A stretch of 63,573 nucleotides of DNA, filler included, from Reclinomonas americana ATCC 50394 (GCA_048213135.1; 17 parts of 17 records of this genome joined end to end with filler, not necessarily neighbours in it), one strand, 5' to 3'. Positions 7,131 to 15,790 are shown, numbered from the whole stretch's first letter. Made by a program: numbers and translations. The notes: generated by a model not told the origin, from the sequence alone.

Positions 7131-9460
7131 GTGTGAATTACTCCGTAAATGGCCTCTATTGGCCCTGTTCCAATCAACGCCGCCTGCAGCGCAGCCTTTG
7201 CTAATTGCTTGACGAGATTCTTGAGGACATCTTCGGCCTTGCCGCCCTCAATGATGATGTCGCTAAGTGCGTCTACGGCTGAATCTCCGAAGAACTTTGA
7301 AGCATCGTTCGCAGCCTTTTGGGCGTCCTCGAGCTCCTTCTTTTTAGTACGGAGCTGCTCGGAAAGCTGGATCTCTTTATTGAGCTTGCCCAGGATCTCT
7401 TCGCGGGTTTGTGCATCGAGGCGGTTGAGGTCGACTCCGGCTCGCGCGAGCTCCATCGCAGCGCGCTTCTCGGCATTAGATTTGCCGAAATTATCAATCT
7501 CTGCCTGCAGTACGAGGTTCTGACGGGCCACGCTGTCGGTGTAGCGGTTCAGGCGGTCTTCGGCGGTTTCGGACTCGCTTTTCCCGCCGCCTCCCTTGCC
7601 GCCGCCCTTCTGGGCTGCTTCAGCCGCCAGAATGGCCTTGGCGGCATTTTCAGCGGCAGCCCGCGATACCGGCGAGCCGCCTTCCATTGCGGCTTTCCAC
7701 AGTTCGGTGGTCTTCTCCTCGAGCTTCCTCTTGTCCTCATCCATCTGGGCAAGGCGCACCTTCCCCTGCAACTTCAGGGCCGCCACTACGGGATCGCGCG
7801 CCACTTCAGCGGCTGGATCCGGCAGCTTCCCCGTGTCCACGACGAAGCCGGAGCGGTTGAGCGCTGATTGCTCGTCCTGAAGCTTGCTGCTCGTAGCAAA
7901 TCCCTCAGCCGCCGCCCGCGTACTGATGAGAGCCCCCCGCACCGCCGCTAGCTGCGTGAGCATGTTGGCGATGGAGCCAAAGGCCCGGGCGAAACTGATA
8001 TCGGTTTCGCCCAGCCGCTTGAGCTCGTCCGCGGCAGCAAGGGCCGCCTTTTCGTTTCCCTCAAGCCCCTTGGTAACAAGGTCGATAGCGCGCCGTTTGT
8101 CGTCAGCGCTTACGCCAGCAGAACTGATCGTGCCGGCTGCCGCGGTCAGAGCGCTGCGCAGGGCGCGCTCCAACCCCTCGGCAGCTGCCTTATCCTCCTG
8201 AAGCTTCTTATTATAGCCGTCGGTGACGGCCTTGTTCATGCGATCGGACGTTTCAGCGACCTGATCGCCAACGCCCTTGATTGCGTCTTTGGCGTCATTC
8301 GCCGGAGGCCGTAGTGCCTGCAGCGCAGCCGCATAGCGATCAGTGGTTTCCTTGCCCTTGCCGGCCTCAGTCGCGAGATATGCAACCACCGCGGCCGTAC
8401 CAAGGATCGCCGCGCCGATAGGGCCGCCAACGAGCGCCAGAGCGCCGCGCAGGGCCGCCACGCTTGTCGCTGCCAGCTGAGCCCGCACGCCGAGTGCAGC
8501 CAGCCCTGCGGACGCCGCCGTAGACGCCGTGACGGCCGCGCCAATCTGCGCCACCATGGGCGCAAGGCCCTGCGCTACCAGCCGGCTCGCAATTACGGCA
8601 CCTACAGCCGCAGCGGCCGTGGCTACGCCATCAATATTCTTGGCTAGAAACTGAATTGAAGACGACGCTGCCGATGCGGCAATGCCCATCTGTTGGCTAT
8701 TTCCAACAAACTTCAGCGCCGCGTTCTGCAGCATGGTGAAGCTGTCGGCGATCGACGCGTTTGTCTTGGCAAAGGCCGCGCCAACTTCAGGCGCAGCATT
8801 GACGATCGCGCGAAATACGCGATCAGAGACCAGTTTGCCTTCGGCGCCCAGATCCTTCAGCTGCCCAACAGCAACACCGAACTCCTTGGCGATGGCCTGA
8901 GCCACGACCGGGGCGTTCTCAAGCAGCGACCGAAGCTCGTCGCCCTGCAACCGACCAGACCCAAGCGCCTGGCCCAACTGCACAAGCGTGGACTGTGTTT
9001 CTGCCGCAGACGCACCGGACACCTTCAGCGCCTTCGACACAGTTTCGGTCGCGAGGGCAATCTCGCCCTGCGTCGCGCCGAAATCCTTGCCGGTGCGGGT
9101 CAGACGTGCGTAAAGGTCAGCGACCTCAGCAAATCCCGTCCGCGACCGTGTAGCAATATCGGCGATCTCATTCGAGACTGCACCGGCCATCGCTTCACCG
9201 ACGCCGGCCGATTTAATCTTGTTCGTGGCCTCCTGCCAGGTATCAGCGAGCTTCTTCAGCTCATTCAGTACCGCGGCACCACCAACAATCTTAGCTAGTT
9301 TGTCGAAGGAGCCCGAGACATTGGACTCCATTTCGCTGGCGCGGGACTCAATGCTTTTAGAGATGCGATCAAATTGGTTGGACTGTCGTTTTAACGCGCG
9401 TTCAAAGCGATTTGCGGTCACGTCTAAGACGAGACTGAGTTTTTCTGCATCTACTGCCAT
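7127..9460 (-). CDS. Phage tail tape measure protein
   Basis: DLYARL...KALKVSGASAAETQSTLVQLGQALGSGRLQGDELRSLLENAP.VAQAIA tape-measure N-terminal domain; Ala-rich helical body with hydrophobic stretches; 777 aa. Confidence 0.92.
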   Translation of the reverse strand: MAVDAEKLSLVLDVTANRFERALKRQSNQFDRISKSIESRASEMESNVSGSFDKLAKIVGGAAVLNELKKLADTWQEATNKIKSAGVGEAMAGAVSNEIADIATRSRTGFAEVADLYARLTRTGKDFGATQGEIALATETVSKALKVSGASAAETQSTLVQLGQALGSGRLQGDELRSLLENAPVVAQAIAKEFGVAVGQLKDLGAEGKLVSDRVFRAIVNAAPEVGAAFAKTNASIADSFTMLQNAALKFVGNSQQMGIAASAASSSIQFLAKNIDGVATAAAAVGAVIASRLVAQGLAPMVAQIGAAVTASTAASAGLAALGVRAQLAATSVAALRGALALVGGPIGAAILGTAAVVAYLATEAGKGKETTDRYAAALQALRPPANDAKDAIKGVGDQVAETSDRMNKAVTDGYNKKLQEDKAAAEGLERALRSALTAAAGTISSAGVSADDKRRAIDLVTKGLEGNEKAALAAADELKRLGETDISFARAFGSIANMLTQLAAVRGALISTRAAAEGFATSSKLQDEQSALNRSGFVVDTGKLPDPAAEVARDPVVAALKLQGKVRLAQMDEDKRKLEEKTTELWKAAMEGGSPVSRAAAENAAKAILAAEAAQKGGGKGGGGKSESETAEDRLNRYTDSVARQNLVLQAEIDNFGKSNAEKRAAMELARAGVDLNRLDAQTREEILGKLNKEIQLSEQLRTKKKELEDAQKAANDASKFFGDSAVDALSDIIIEGGKAEDVLKNLVKQLAKAALQAALIGTGPIEAIYGVIHT

Positions 9461-9534
9461 AAAAATACCTTGCAGCGATGAGCAGAATCAACGAGCTGAT
9501 TAAGATCGATCGCTTTGTCAAAGTGGAAAAGAAA

Positions 9535-9972
9535 ATGTCGGAGAACGCGCAGGACGTCGTCGAGCTCGCGGCTCACATCGTGTCGGCCTACGTTGCAAAC
9601 AATAGCGTGCCGCAAAACGAGTTGGCCGCTTTGATCGCAAGTACGCATGCCGCGCTAGCCGGCCTCGGGTTGGCACCCGCACCTGCTCCTGAGGAAAAAG
9701 CCGTGCCTGCGGTCTCGATTAAAAAGTCGATTTCGCCAGACTATTTGATCTGCTTGGAGGACGGCAAAAAGTTCAAATCGCTTAAGCGGCATCTTCGCAC
9801 GGCGTATGACATGTCGCCCGATCAGTACCGCACCAAATGGGGCCTGCCGCCCGACTATCCGATGGTGGCGCCTGCTTACGCTGAGGCGCGCTCGCAGCTC
9901 GCTAAGCAGATGGGTTTAGGCCAGCAGCGTCGTAAACGGTGTTCCGACCGCACCTTCTTCGCCGCGGATTGA
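9535..9972 (+). CDS. mucR: MucR/Ros-family zinc-finger transcriptional regulator
   Basis: LAAHIVSAYVANNSV...PAVSIKKSISPDYLICLEDGKKFKSLKRHL...KWGLPPDYPMVAPAYA..RS.LAK.MGLG. Confidence 0.95.
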   Translation: MSENAQDVVELAAHIVSAYVANNSVPQNELAALIASTHAALAGLGLAPAPAPEEKAVPAVSIKKSISPDYLICLEDGKKFKSLKRHLRTAYDMSPDQYRTKWGLPPDYPMVAPAYAEARSQLAKQMGLGQQRRKRCSDRTFFAAD

Positions 9973-9983
9973 GCGCCCACTCT

Positions 9984-10012
9984 AACGATCCTGATTTGGA
10001 GGGATCGTTTTG
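9984..10012 (+). terminator. Putative intrinsic terminator after mucR
   Basis: AACGATCC (9984-9991) / GGATCGTT (10002-10009) stem followed by T residues. Confidence 0.4.
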
Positions 10013-10032
10013 TGTCTAGGCTTGACCATAGA

Positions 10033-10132
10033 NNNNNNNNNNNNNNNNNNNNNNNNNNNNNNNNNNNNNNNNNNNNTTAATTAATTAANNNNNNNNNNNN
10101 NNNNNNNNNNNNNNNNNNNNNNNNNNNNNNNN
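10033..10132. other. Assembly spacer (first of 16: 10033, 15325, 18429, 20827, 25048, 28304, 30832, 32611, 35463, 39017, 42785, 45833, 49557, 53153, 60861, 62426; each 100 nt)
   Basis: 44 N + TTAATTAATTAA (stops in all six frames) + 44 N, identical each time. Confidence 0.99.
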
Positions 10133-11095
10133 ATACAGATCTTTAACTCGTTTGACCTCGTCGGATCCGGGGATAATTTCTACCAGTTGAATTAGGATTT
10201 TGCCTTCTTTGAATACTTTTGGCGGCTCAGATTCAAAATGCTTTATTAGGTTTAGCGCGAATTCCTCAGCAAACGACGGTCCAATCGGCGGAGGATTTGC
10301 TATCAACAATAACTCCTTGGCAATCTGACTTAAAGCTTGGCAGGGAAAATCGAATGTCAGTTTTGCTTCGCCATTATTTACGACGCGAACCCCAAATTCA
10401 CGACCGTCGAAGACGATATAACTGTTTGGTTCGAGTTCGACATTCCAGTACAAGCCACCCGCTGAGCTTGGGGAGCTTGCCAACCCCAGCTCCTCCATAA
10501 ACATCCTGTGCTCAAATTCGGGTGTCTGGCTCTCCTCATAATTAGGAACAACTTCTCCACTAAATGCAAAAGAAAAGTATTTTGAAATAGAATCCGCTTC
10601 CTTTCTCGATATCGCCGATATAAATTGCAATGTTCTTAATGAAAAAGATCCGGGCTGTCGAATTTCTCCAGCAAGTATTCTTGAATAAAGCCTTCTGAGA
10701 TCGTCAGATGTTTTATCTTCTGCGCTTCGTGAGAATGTATTTAGCCAATCGTCCTCAATTTCGCTCAATGCATCTGAAGGGCCGGGGTTGGTAGCGATTT
10801 CTTCCAGTGCCAATCGGCCAATTTCGGTGCGATTTTCAACCTTGCGGCTATCTTCTGTATTCTGAGTAATCGCGCGTTGCGAAACCTCAGCGACTGCGGT
10901 CACCTTGCCCGTATTGGCGTCGACCCGAGCTGTAAGGTTTTGGCCCACGGATAGTACAACTGCACTCACCGCCTTATCCAAATTCTTCAGCGTCTGCGGC
11001 ATGGGAGGCAGGCCAGGGAGCCGAACACCGAGCCACTCTGACAGCGCTTCGCGGATGGACGGAAGCGGTGGCTTGTCGTCGTCGCTCTTCGGCAT
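10133..11095 (-). CDS. DUF2806-family protein (3' end at the gap)
   Basis: ENRTEIGRLALEE...IEDDWLNTFSRSAEDKTSDDLRRLYSRILAGEIRQPGSFSLRTL; AT-rich. Confidence 0.85.
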
Positions 11096-11157
11096 ATTGT
11101 CCCCCGCAACCTCAGATGAGCAGAGGATAAGCTTGCAACCTCCACCGGCACAACAGA

Positions 11158-11267
11158 CGGAACAACGGAACACATCTAAAGATGTGTTCCGTTCCGTTCC
11201 GCCTGTCCCGGATGCCCAGAAATGCCGGAACGCCGGAACAAGACGGAACATGTTCCGCTATGTTCCG
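11158..11267. repeat. Iteron-like repeat cluster, putative replication origin
   Basis: Five CGGAAC and five GTTCCG copies; perfect 13-bp inverted repeat AACGGAACACATC-TAAA-GATGTGTTCCGTT (11164-11193); palindrome CGGAACATGTTCCG (11244-11257); abuts the helicase stop. Confidence 0.7.
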
Positions 11268-12493
11268 TCATCGCAGGCGCTAAATACGCCCGCCTCCTCA
11301 GTTGTCAGGCCGCCATCTAGAAGCGCTCGCCGAACTCGCTGAAAGCGAACCTTCAGGATATCAGGCTTGTCAGTGGGGTACTCGGCATAAAAGGCCGTGC
11401 GCCATTCTTCGACGGTCGCAGCACCAATCTTGCGTAAGCAGTGCATGGCGACGGCGTTGTGTCCCCTGAGTGTCGCCCCGAACGCCTTTGCCGCCTCCTT
11501 CGCGTCGTCCTGCACGATTATGGGCGCAGTCGTCGGGTTGCCCTCCTCGTCCTCGCCGACCGTTACCGACTCCATGCGGAAGGTAGTGACAACGCCGTCT
11601 TCGGCATCGTTGGCGCCATCGCATTCGAGGACAAAACAGCCGCCACCCTTCTTCTTCACCATGAAGCTGGCGTCGACCGCGCCGTCTAGGTCGATGGCGC
11701 CCTTACCACGCTCGCCGGACCATGCTGTGTGATGGATCACGGTGACATGTGTGCCGGTCTCTTTGAGCATCAGGTCGCAGTTCGCGACGAAGCGGCCCAT
11801 GTCCTTCGAAGCGTTCTGGTCCCCTGGCCCGAAGACACGCGTCAGAGTGTCGATGATGATCCAAACGCAGGCTTGTCCGCACTGGCGCTCGGCCTCGCGG
11901 ATAGCCGCAACGAGGGCTCTGGTGTCCACGTTCGCGCTGGTCATGTCGATGAAGCCGCCGAGCACTAACAGCGGTATCTTTCCGATGCCGTAACGCTTTC
12001 GGAATGCCGCCATCCGGCGCTCTGTGAGCTTCTTGCGCTCGGCCGCGATGTAGACAACGAAGCCCTGCCTGACCTTCCTGCCGTGCCAGTCCATGCCCGC
12101 CGCGACGTGGCAGGCTATGTCGGTCATGATGGCTGACTTGCCAGTACCGGGCAGGCCGCTGGCCATCGTGAACTCACCATCGCCGAGTACGCCCTTCACG
12201 AACGTCTTCTTGACCTGCGTCGTATCGATGTCGGCGAACCACGTCAGGTCGAAGCGGCCGGTACCGGCGGGGCGGTTGTCGTTGGCTGGAGTAGGTTGCC
12301 GCCGGGCAGCTCGGGCGGCCTTATCTTCGGCGTCCTTCGCCTCGAGCAGACGGGCGTTGGTCTTGCGCCAGACGGCGAGCCAAGGGTGCTTGGCAGGATC
12401 CGCGTCATCGGCGCAGACAATCAGTGGACCCGGGCGGTAAGGCGTGTCTGTGCGACGGTCGTCGTCCGTAAGCTCAGGCGCAGCTTCGGTCAT
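11258..12493 (-). CDS. AAA_25/RepA-like (SF4) replicative helicase
   Basis: Walker A GLPGTGKS, VVYIAAE, Walker B IIIDTL, VIHHTA..G..KGA. Confidence 0.9.
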   Translation of the reverse strand: MTEAAPELTDDDRRTDTPYRPGPLIVCADDADPAKHPWLAVWRKTNARLLEAKDAEDKAARAARRQPTPANDNRPAGTGRFDLTWFADIDTTQVKKTFVKGVLGDGEFTMASGLPGTGKSAIMTDIACHVAAGMDWHGRKVRQGFVVYIAAERKKLTERRMAAFRKRYGIGKIPLLVLGGFIDMTSANVDTRALVAAIREAERQCGQACVWIIIDTLTRVFGPGDQNASKDMGRFVANCDLMLKETGTHVTVIHHTAWSGERGKGAIDLDGAVDASFMVKKKGGGCFVLECDGANDAEDGVVTTFRMESVTVGEDEEGNPTTAPIIVQDDAKEAAKAFGATLRGHNAVAMHCLRKIGAATVEEWRTAFYAEYPTDKPDILKVRFQRVRRALLDGGLTTEEAGVFSACDDGT

Positions 12494-12728
12494 TCAGGGT
12501 GTTCCCGTTCATGTGCGCCACAGCGGCGCGGGTAATTTTTGAGGCAACGGCGGGGGTGAAGGTCGCCGCTCGTCGAGTGCCGACCTTGGGAGCGCTGACG
12601 CGGTACTGACCGTCCGGCTGCCGTACTAGCCGCATGCCGCAAAGGCGAAGCCCATCGCTAATCTGAACGTCGAAGTGCGCGAGTGTCGGCCCGTCTGGTG
12701 AGGCGGGCCAGAATGCAGTGATATTCAA
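12474..12728 (-). CDS. Small SpoVG-like nucleic-acid-binding protein
   Basis: TTG start after GGAGG; TLAHFDVQISDGLRLCGMRLVRQPDGQYRVSAP beta-strand pattern. Confidence 0.5.
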   Translation of the reverse strand: MNITAFWPASPDGPTLAHFDVQISDGLRLCGMRLVRQPDGQYRVSAPKVGTRRAATFTPAVASKITRAAVAHMNGNTLNDRSCA

Positions 12729-12857
12729 GTGTGTCCTCCATGGACGTATACCCAAATGGGCGCGAGCCCGCTCGCGGAATTGCGGGCGGATAAGCATGGT
12801 TGACGGCCTAAAAATCCTTACGTATGGCTTATGTCATCGCAACAGAGGTCTTACGAT

Positions 12858-13094
12858 ATGCCTAAGTCAGTGGATTTCATTGTCGACGATTTGAATGAGC
12901 GGTTACGCCTTGCGCCTGGCGACTCCGGAACAATCCTCTGGAAGGATTTTTATGCGGACTACGGTATCCAGCGCTTCAAGGCTCCGCGCCCGGACCAAAT
13001 TAAGGAGCAGGCCCGGGCCAAATTCGGCTTGATTGTCTCGTTCGGCGATAACGTTGTTAACGTAGCTTACGACCGGAACTTCAACCCGATTTAA
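12858..13094 (+). CDS. Hypothetical protein
   Basis: 78-aa ORF MPKSVDFIV...RNFNPI with GAGG upstream; last gene before att. Confidence 0.55.
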   Translation: MPKSVDFIVDDLNERLRLAPGDSGTILWKDFYADYGIQRFKAPRPDQIKEQARAKFGLIVSFGDNVVNVAYDRNFNPI

Positions 13095-13208
13095 CACGCA
13101 GCGTCATTGGTCGCGGTGGGACAGGTGAGATAGAAAGCATAAGGATTTCATGGGACGAGAATTCGTCCCACTTTCCGCTAACTACTTGTCTTCACTTGGC
13201 TCTTTGGC

Positions 13209-13225
13209 TCCCCATGGGAGCGCCA
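13209..13225 (+). other. Putative att site: duplicated tRNA 3' end (probably tRNA-Glu)
   Basis: TCCCCA-TGGGAGC-G-CCA reads as T-stem 3' arm, acceptor strand, discriminator and CCA, with no tRNA body upstream; lies at the transition to host-like genes. Confidence 0.6.
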
Positions 13226-13445
13226 TCAAAGTCAAGCGCTCAGGCTTGATCCCGGCGCCAAACCACACAAGCTGCCACACAGCGGTGCCGATCGTCGGCT
13301 GTTCAAGCGGCTTTCTGCGTGCGGATTTGCACGGCTGGGATGGGCCTGCCGGACCACCGCCGAATTCGAAGCCGAGCGCGACGCAGGGTTCCAGACGCTC
13401 GTCGGCGGGGCGATGGCCGATTTCATGCGGCGCACCAGCCTGACG

Positions 13446-14312
13446 TCAGTGACTGTTGACGGGCAGTCTCGCCGCCAGAAGCTGCCCCGCCAGAACCTCG
13501 TGCTTCAGCTTCTCGGTGCCGAGAAAACGCCGCTGCGACGTGATGAACAGGGTCCGCCCATCGCGCCCGCCCAGCATGGGCATGGTCGGGCGCGAGACCG
13601 GCAGCCTGACCACGACATCGAGCGTTCCGTCCGGCCGCCGTCGCTCGACCCGCGAGCCGTTCACCACTGCGATCCAGACGCCGCCATCGGCGTCGGTGCA
13701 AGCGCCGTCGGGATGCTCGTCCCCCGTAAACCGCACGAATGGCCGGCCATTGGAGAAGGCGCCGCTAGCGACGTCATAGTCGAAGGCCTCGACCAGCTGG
13801 CTGCGGCTGTCGGAAAAGTAGAATGTCTTGCCGCAGGGCGAGAATGCGATCGCGTTCGGGACCCGGATCTCGCTCCGGTGCCGCTGCAGCGAACCCTCCG
13901 AGGTCAGCGAATAGAGCGCTCCGACCGGCGCGCCATTGCCGGTCTTGTCCATGCTGCCGAACCACAGCCGGCCGGTCGGGTCGGTCTTGCCGTCATTGAG
14001 CCGGTTGCCGGGCAGGTCTTCCTCGACCGCGAACAATCTGTCACCGACGCCTGTGGCGGGATCGAAGGCATAGATTCCGTCCTCCAGGCCGAGAACCAGG
14101 CCGTGGCTGCCGAAGGCCACCACGAAGCCTGGCATGAGCGGCAGTCGATACATCGACCTGCGGCCGCTGCCCGGCTCGAAGCCGAGCAGCCTTTGCCCCT
14201 GGATGTCGATCCACCAGAGCGTGCCGCGCGCCGCGTCCCAGAACGGCGCCTCGCCGGTGAGGGCGTCGGCCATGTGCACCGGCAGGATGTCGTCGGTCGC
14301 GATCGTCAGCAT
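13446..14312 (-). CDS. SMP-30/gluconolactonase/LRE-family protein
   Basis: GEAPFWD...LWWIDI, RLNDGKTDPTGRLWFGSM, PNAIAFSP, PDGACTDADGGVWIA. Confidence 0.95.
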   Translation of the reverse strand: MLTIATDDILPVHMADALTGEAPFWDAARGTLWWIDIQGQRLLGFEPGSGRRSMYRLPLMPGFVVAFGSHGLVLGLEDGIYAFDPATGVGDRLFAVEEDLPGNRLNDGKTDPTGRLWFGSMDKTGNGAPVGALYSLTSEGSLQRHRSEIRVPNAIAFSPCGKTFYFSDSRSQLVEAFDYDVASGAFSNGRPFVRFTGDEHPDGACTDADGGVWIAVVNGSRVERRRPDGTLDVVVRLPVSRPTMPMLGGRDGRTLFITSQRRFLGTEKLKHEVLAGQLLAARLPVNSH

Positions 14313-14322
14313 GAGGAGACCT

Positions 14323-15324
14323 CTACCAGCAGCGCAGCACGGCGTTCCCCGTCGCGCGGGTTTCGATGGAGAGCAATTGCCCCGCGGCCGGAGCCTCGGC
14401 AGTCAGGCCGGGCGGCATGCGGATATAGGTGTTGGTGACATAGAGCGTATGGCTGCCGGCGCCGCCGAAAGCGCAGCCGGTCGGCATCGGCACCGGCAGC
14501 GAGACCTCTTCGACAAGGCGTCCGTCCGGATCATAGCGGCGCACGCTCCAGCCGCCGACCCAGGCGATCCAGAGATGCCCTTCCGAATCGATGGTCATGC
14601 CGTTCGGCCGGCCGGCTCCCGCCTCTGCCTCGATCAGCAGGCGCGGATTGCTGCAGAGCCCTGCCTCGACGTCGAAATCGTAGACCTGGACCCCCGCCAG
14701 GTCGGCATCGGCGACATACATGCACGAGCCGTCGAGCGAGAACACCGGATTGCGCGGTGCCCCCGCCGGCGCCGGGTGCCGGCGCGACAGCAGGCTGTGG
14801 TCGATCGAATAGAGACGGCCCCGCCTTGGCGTCTGGTCGAGCGCCATCGTGCCGGCCCAGATGCGTCCGCGTGGGTCGACACCGGCCGTGTTGAAACGGT
14901 TGTCGGGCCGATCCGTCTCCGGGTTGAACAATGCCGAGACCCGGCCGCTGTCGGGATCGATCAGGCTGAAGCCCCCCTGTCCGCAGCCGATGAGCTGGCC
15001 TTGCCGGTCCAGCGCCAGGCCGGCGGTGATCGCCGGCAGGGCGATCCGCCCGGATTGCTGATCGGCCGGATCGAACCAGCGCAAGGCCGGCGCCAGCACA
15101 TCGACCCAGAACAGCTTCTTGCGCCGGTCGTCCCAGATCGGGCTCTCGCCGACGAAATCCCGGCCGGTCGGCAAGGCGGTCACGGAGCTGGCGGCAGGCT
15201 GAGCCGGCTGGCGCATGACATAGGGAGCCGAGAGGTCGACGCCGATCTGGCTCGAGGCCCGACGGGCCGCCTCGACCAGCATCCGCCCGAGATCGTGCAG
15301 CTCCTCGACACCGGCGGCGGCGTA
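14323..15324 (-). CDS. SMP-30-family protein, 5'-truncated, probably fused to an N-terminal IclR-type domain
   Basis: GESPIWD, NRFN, PNGMTIDSEGHLWIA; frame open to the gap, reading ...EELHDLGRMLVEAARRASSQIG, like the IclR C-terminal helix. Confidence 0.85.
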   Translation of the reverse strand, partial: YAAAGVEELHDLGRMLVEAARRASSQIGVDLSAPYVMRQPAQPAASSVTALPTGRDFVGESPIWDDRRKKLFWVDVLAPALRWFDPADQQSGRIALPAITAGLALDRQGQLIGCGQGGFSLIDPDSGRVSALFNPETDRPDNRFNTAGVDPRGRIWAGTMALDQTPRRGRLYSIDHSLLSRRHPAPAGAPRNPVFSLDGSCMYVADADLAGVQVYDFDVEAGLCSNPRLLIEAEAGAGRPNGMTIDSEGHLWIAWVGGWSVRRYDPDGRLVEEVSLPVPMPTGCAFGGAGSHTLYVTNTYIRMPPGLTAEAPAAGQLLSIETRATGNAVLRCW

Positions 15325-15424
15325 NNNNNNNNNNNNNNNNNNNNNNNNNNNNNNNNNNNNNNNNNNNNTTAATTAATTAANNNNNNNNNNNNNNNNNNNN
15401 NNNNNNNNNNNNNNNNNNNNNNNN

Positions 15425-15752
15425 GCTCGAAAACCTCGTCCGCAACCTCGCGGTCGAGAATGCGCCCTACGGCATCACCGCCAACAACATCGCGCCGGGG
15501 CTGATCCAGACCGATCGCAACGCCTTCCGACGCGCCGACATGGCCGTCTGGAACCGGCTGGCGCGCAATGCCAATCCGATGGGCCGGGCCGGCCAGCCGG
15601 AGAACGTCGTCGGCGCGGCACTGTTCCTCGCCTCCGACGCGGCTTCCTTCGTCACGGGTACGACGATCCACGTCACCGGCGGCAGCCATATCGCCCGCAA
15701 CATGAACGACCTGATCAACACCGAGACCGCAAACGCACGGCAAGCCGGCTGA
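15425..15752 (+). CDS. SDR-family oxidoreductase, C-terminal part
   Basis: LVRNLAVENAPYGITANNIAPGLIQT...PMGRAGQPENVVGAALFLASDAASFVTG. Confidence 0.9.
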
Positions 15753-15790
15753 AGAACCGGGCCCGCAAGGCAACAGAGAGGAGACGACCC

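Larger units (their letters stand above)
1..13225. mobile_element. Integrated phage-satellite/PICI-like element (left end outside window; interrupted by a gap at 10033-10132)
   Basis: Integrase + AlpA/Xis + XRE at left; helicase, origin-like repeats and a tRNA-3'-like att at right; AT-richer cargo between; host metabolic genes resume after 13225. That contigs 1 and 2 belong to one element is inference. Confidence 0.7.

Noticed and set aside
11158..11267. CRISPR array
   Set aside because: Repeats are 6-7 bp, in both orientations, without regular spacers; no cas genes
13209..13225. Intact tRNA gene
   Set aside because: Only the last 17 nt fit; upstream sequence has no T-loop, anticodon arm or 5' acceptor strand
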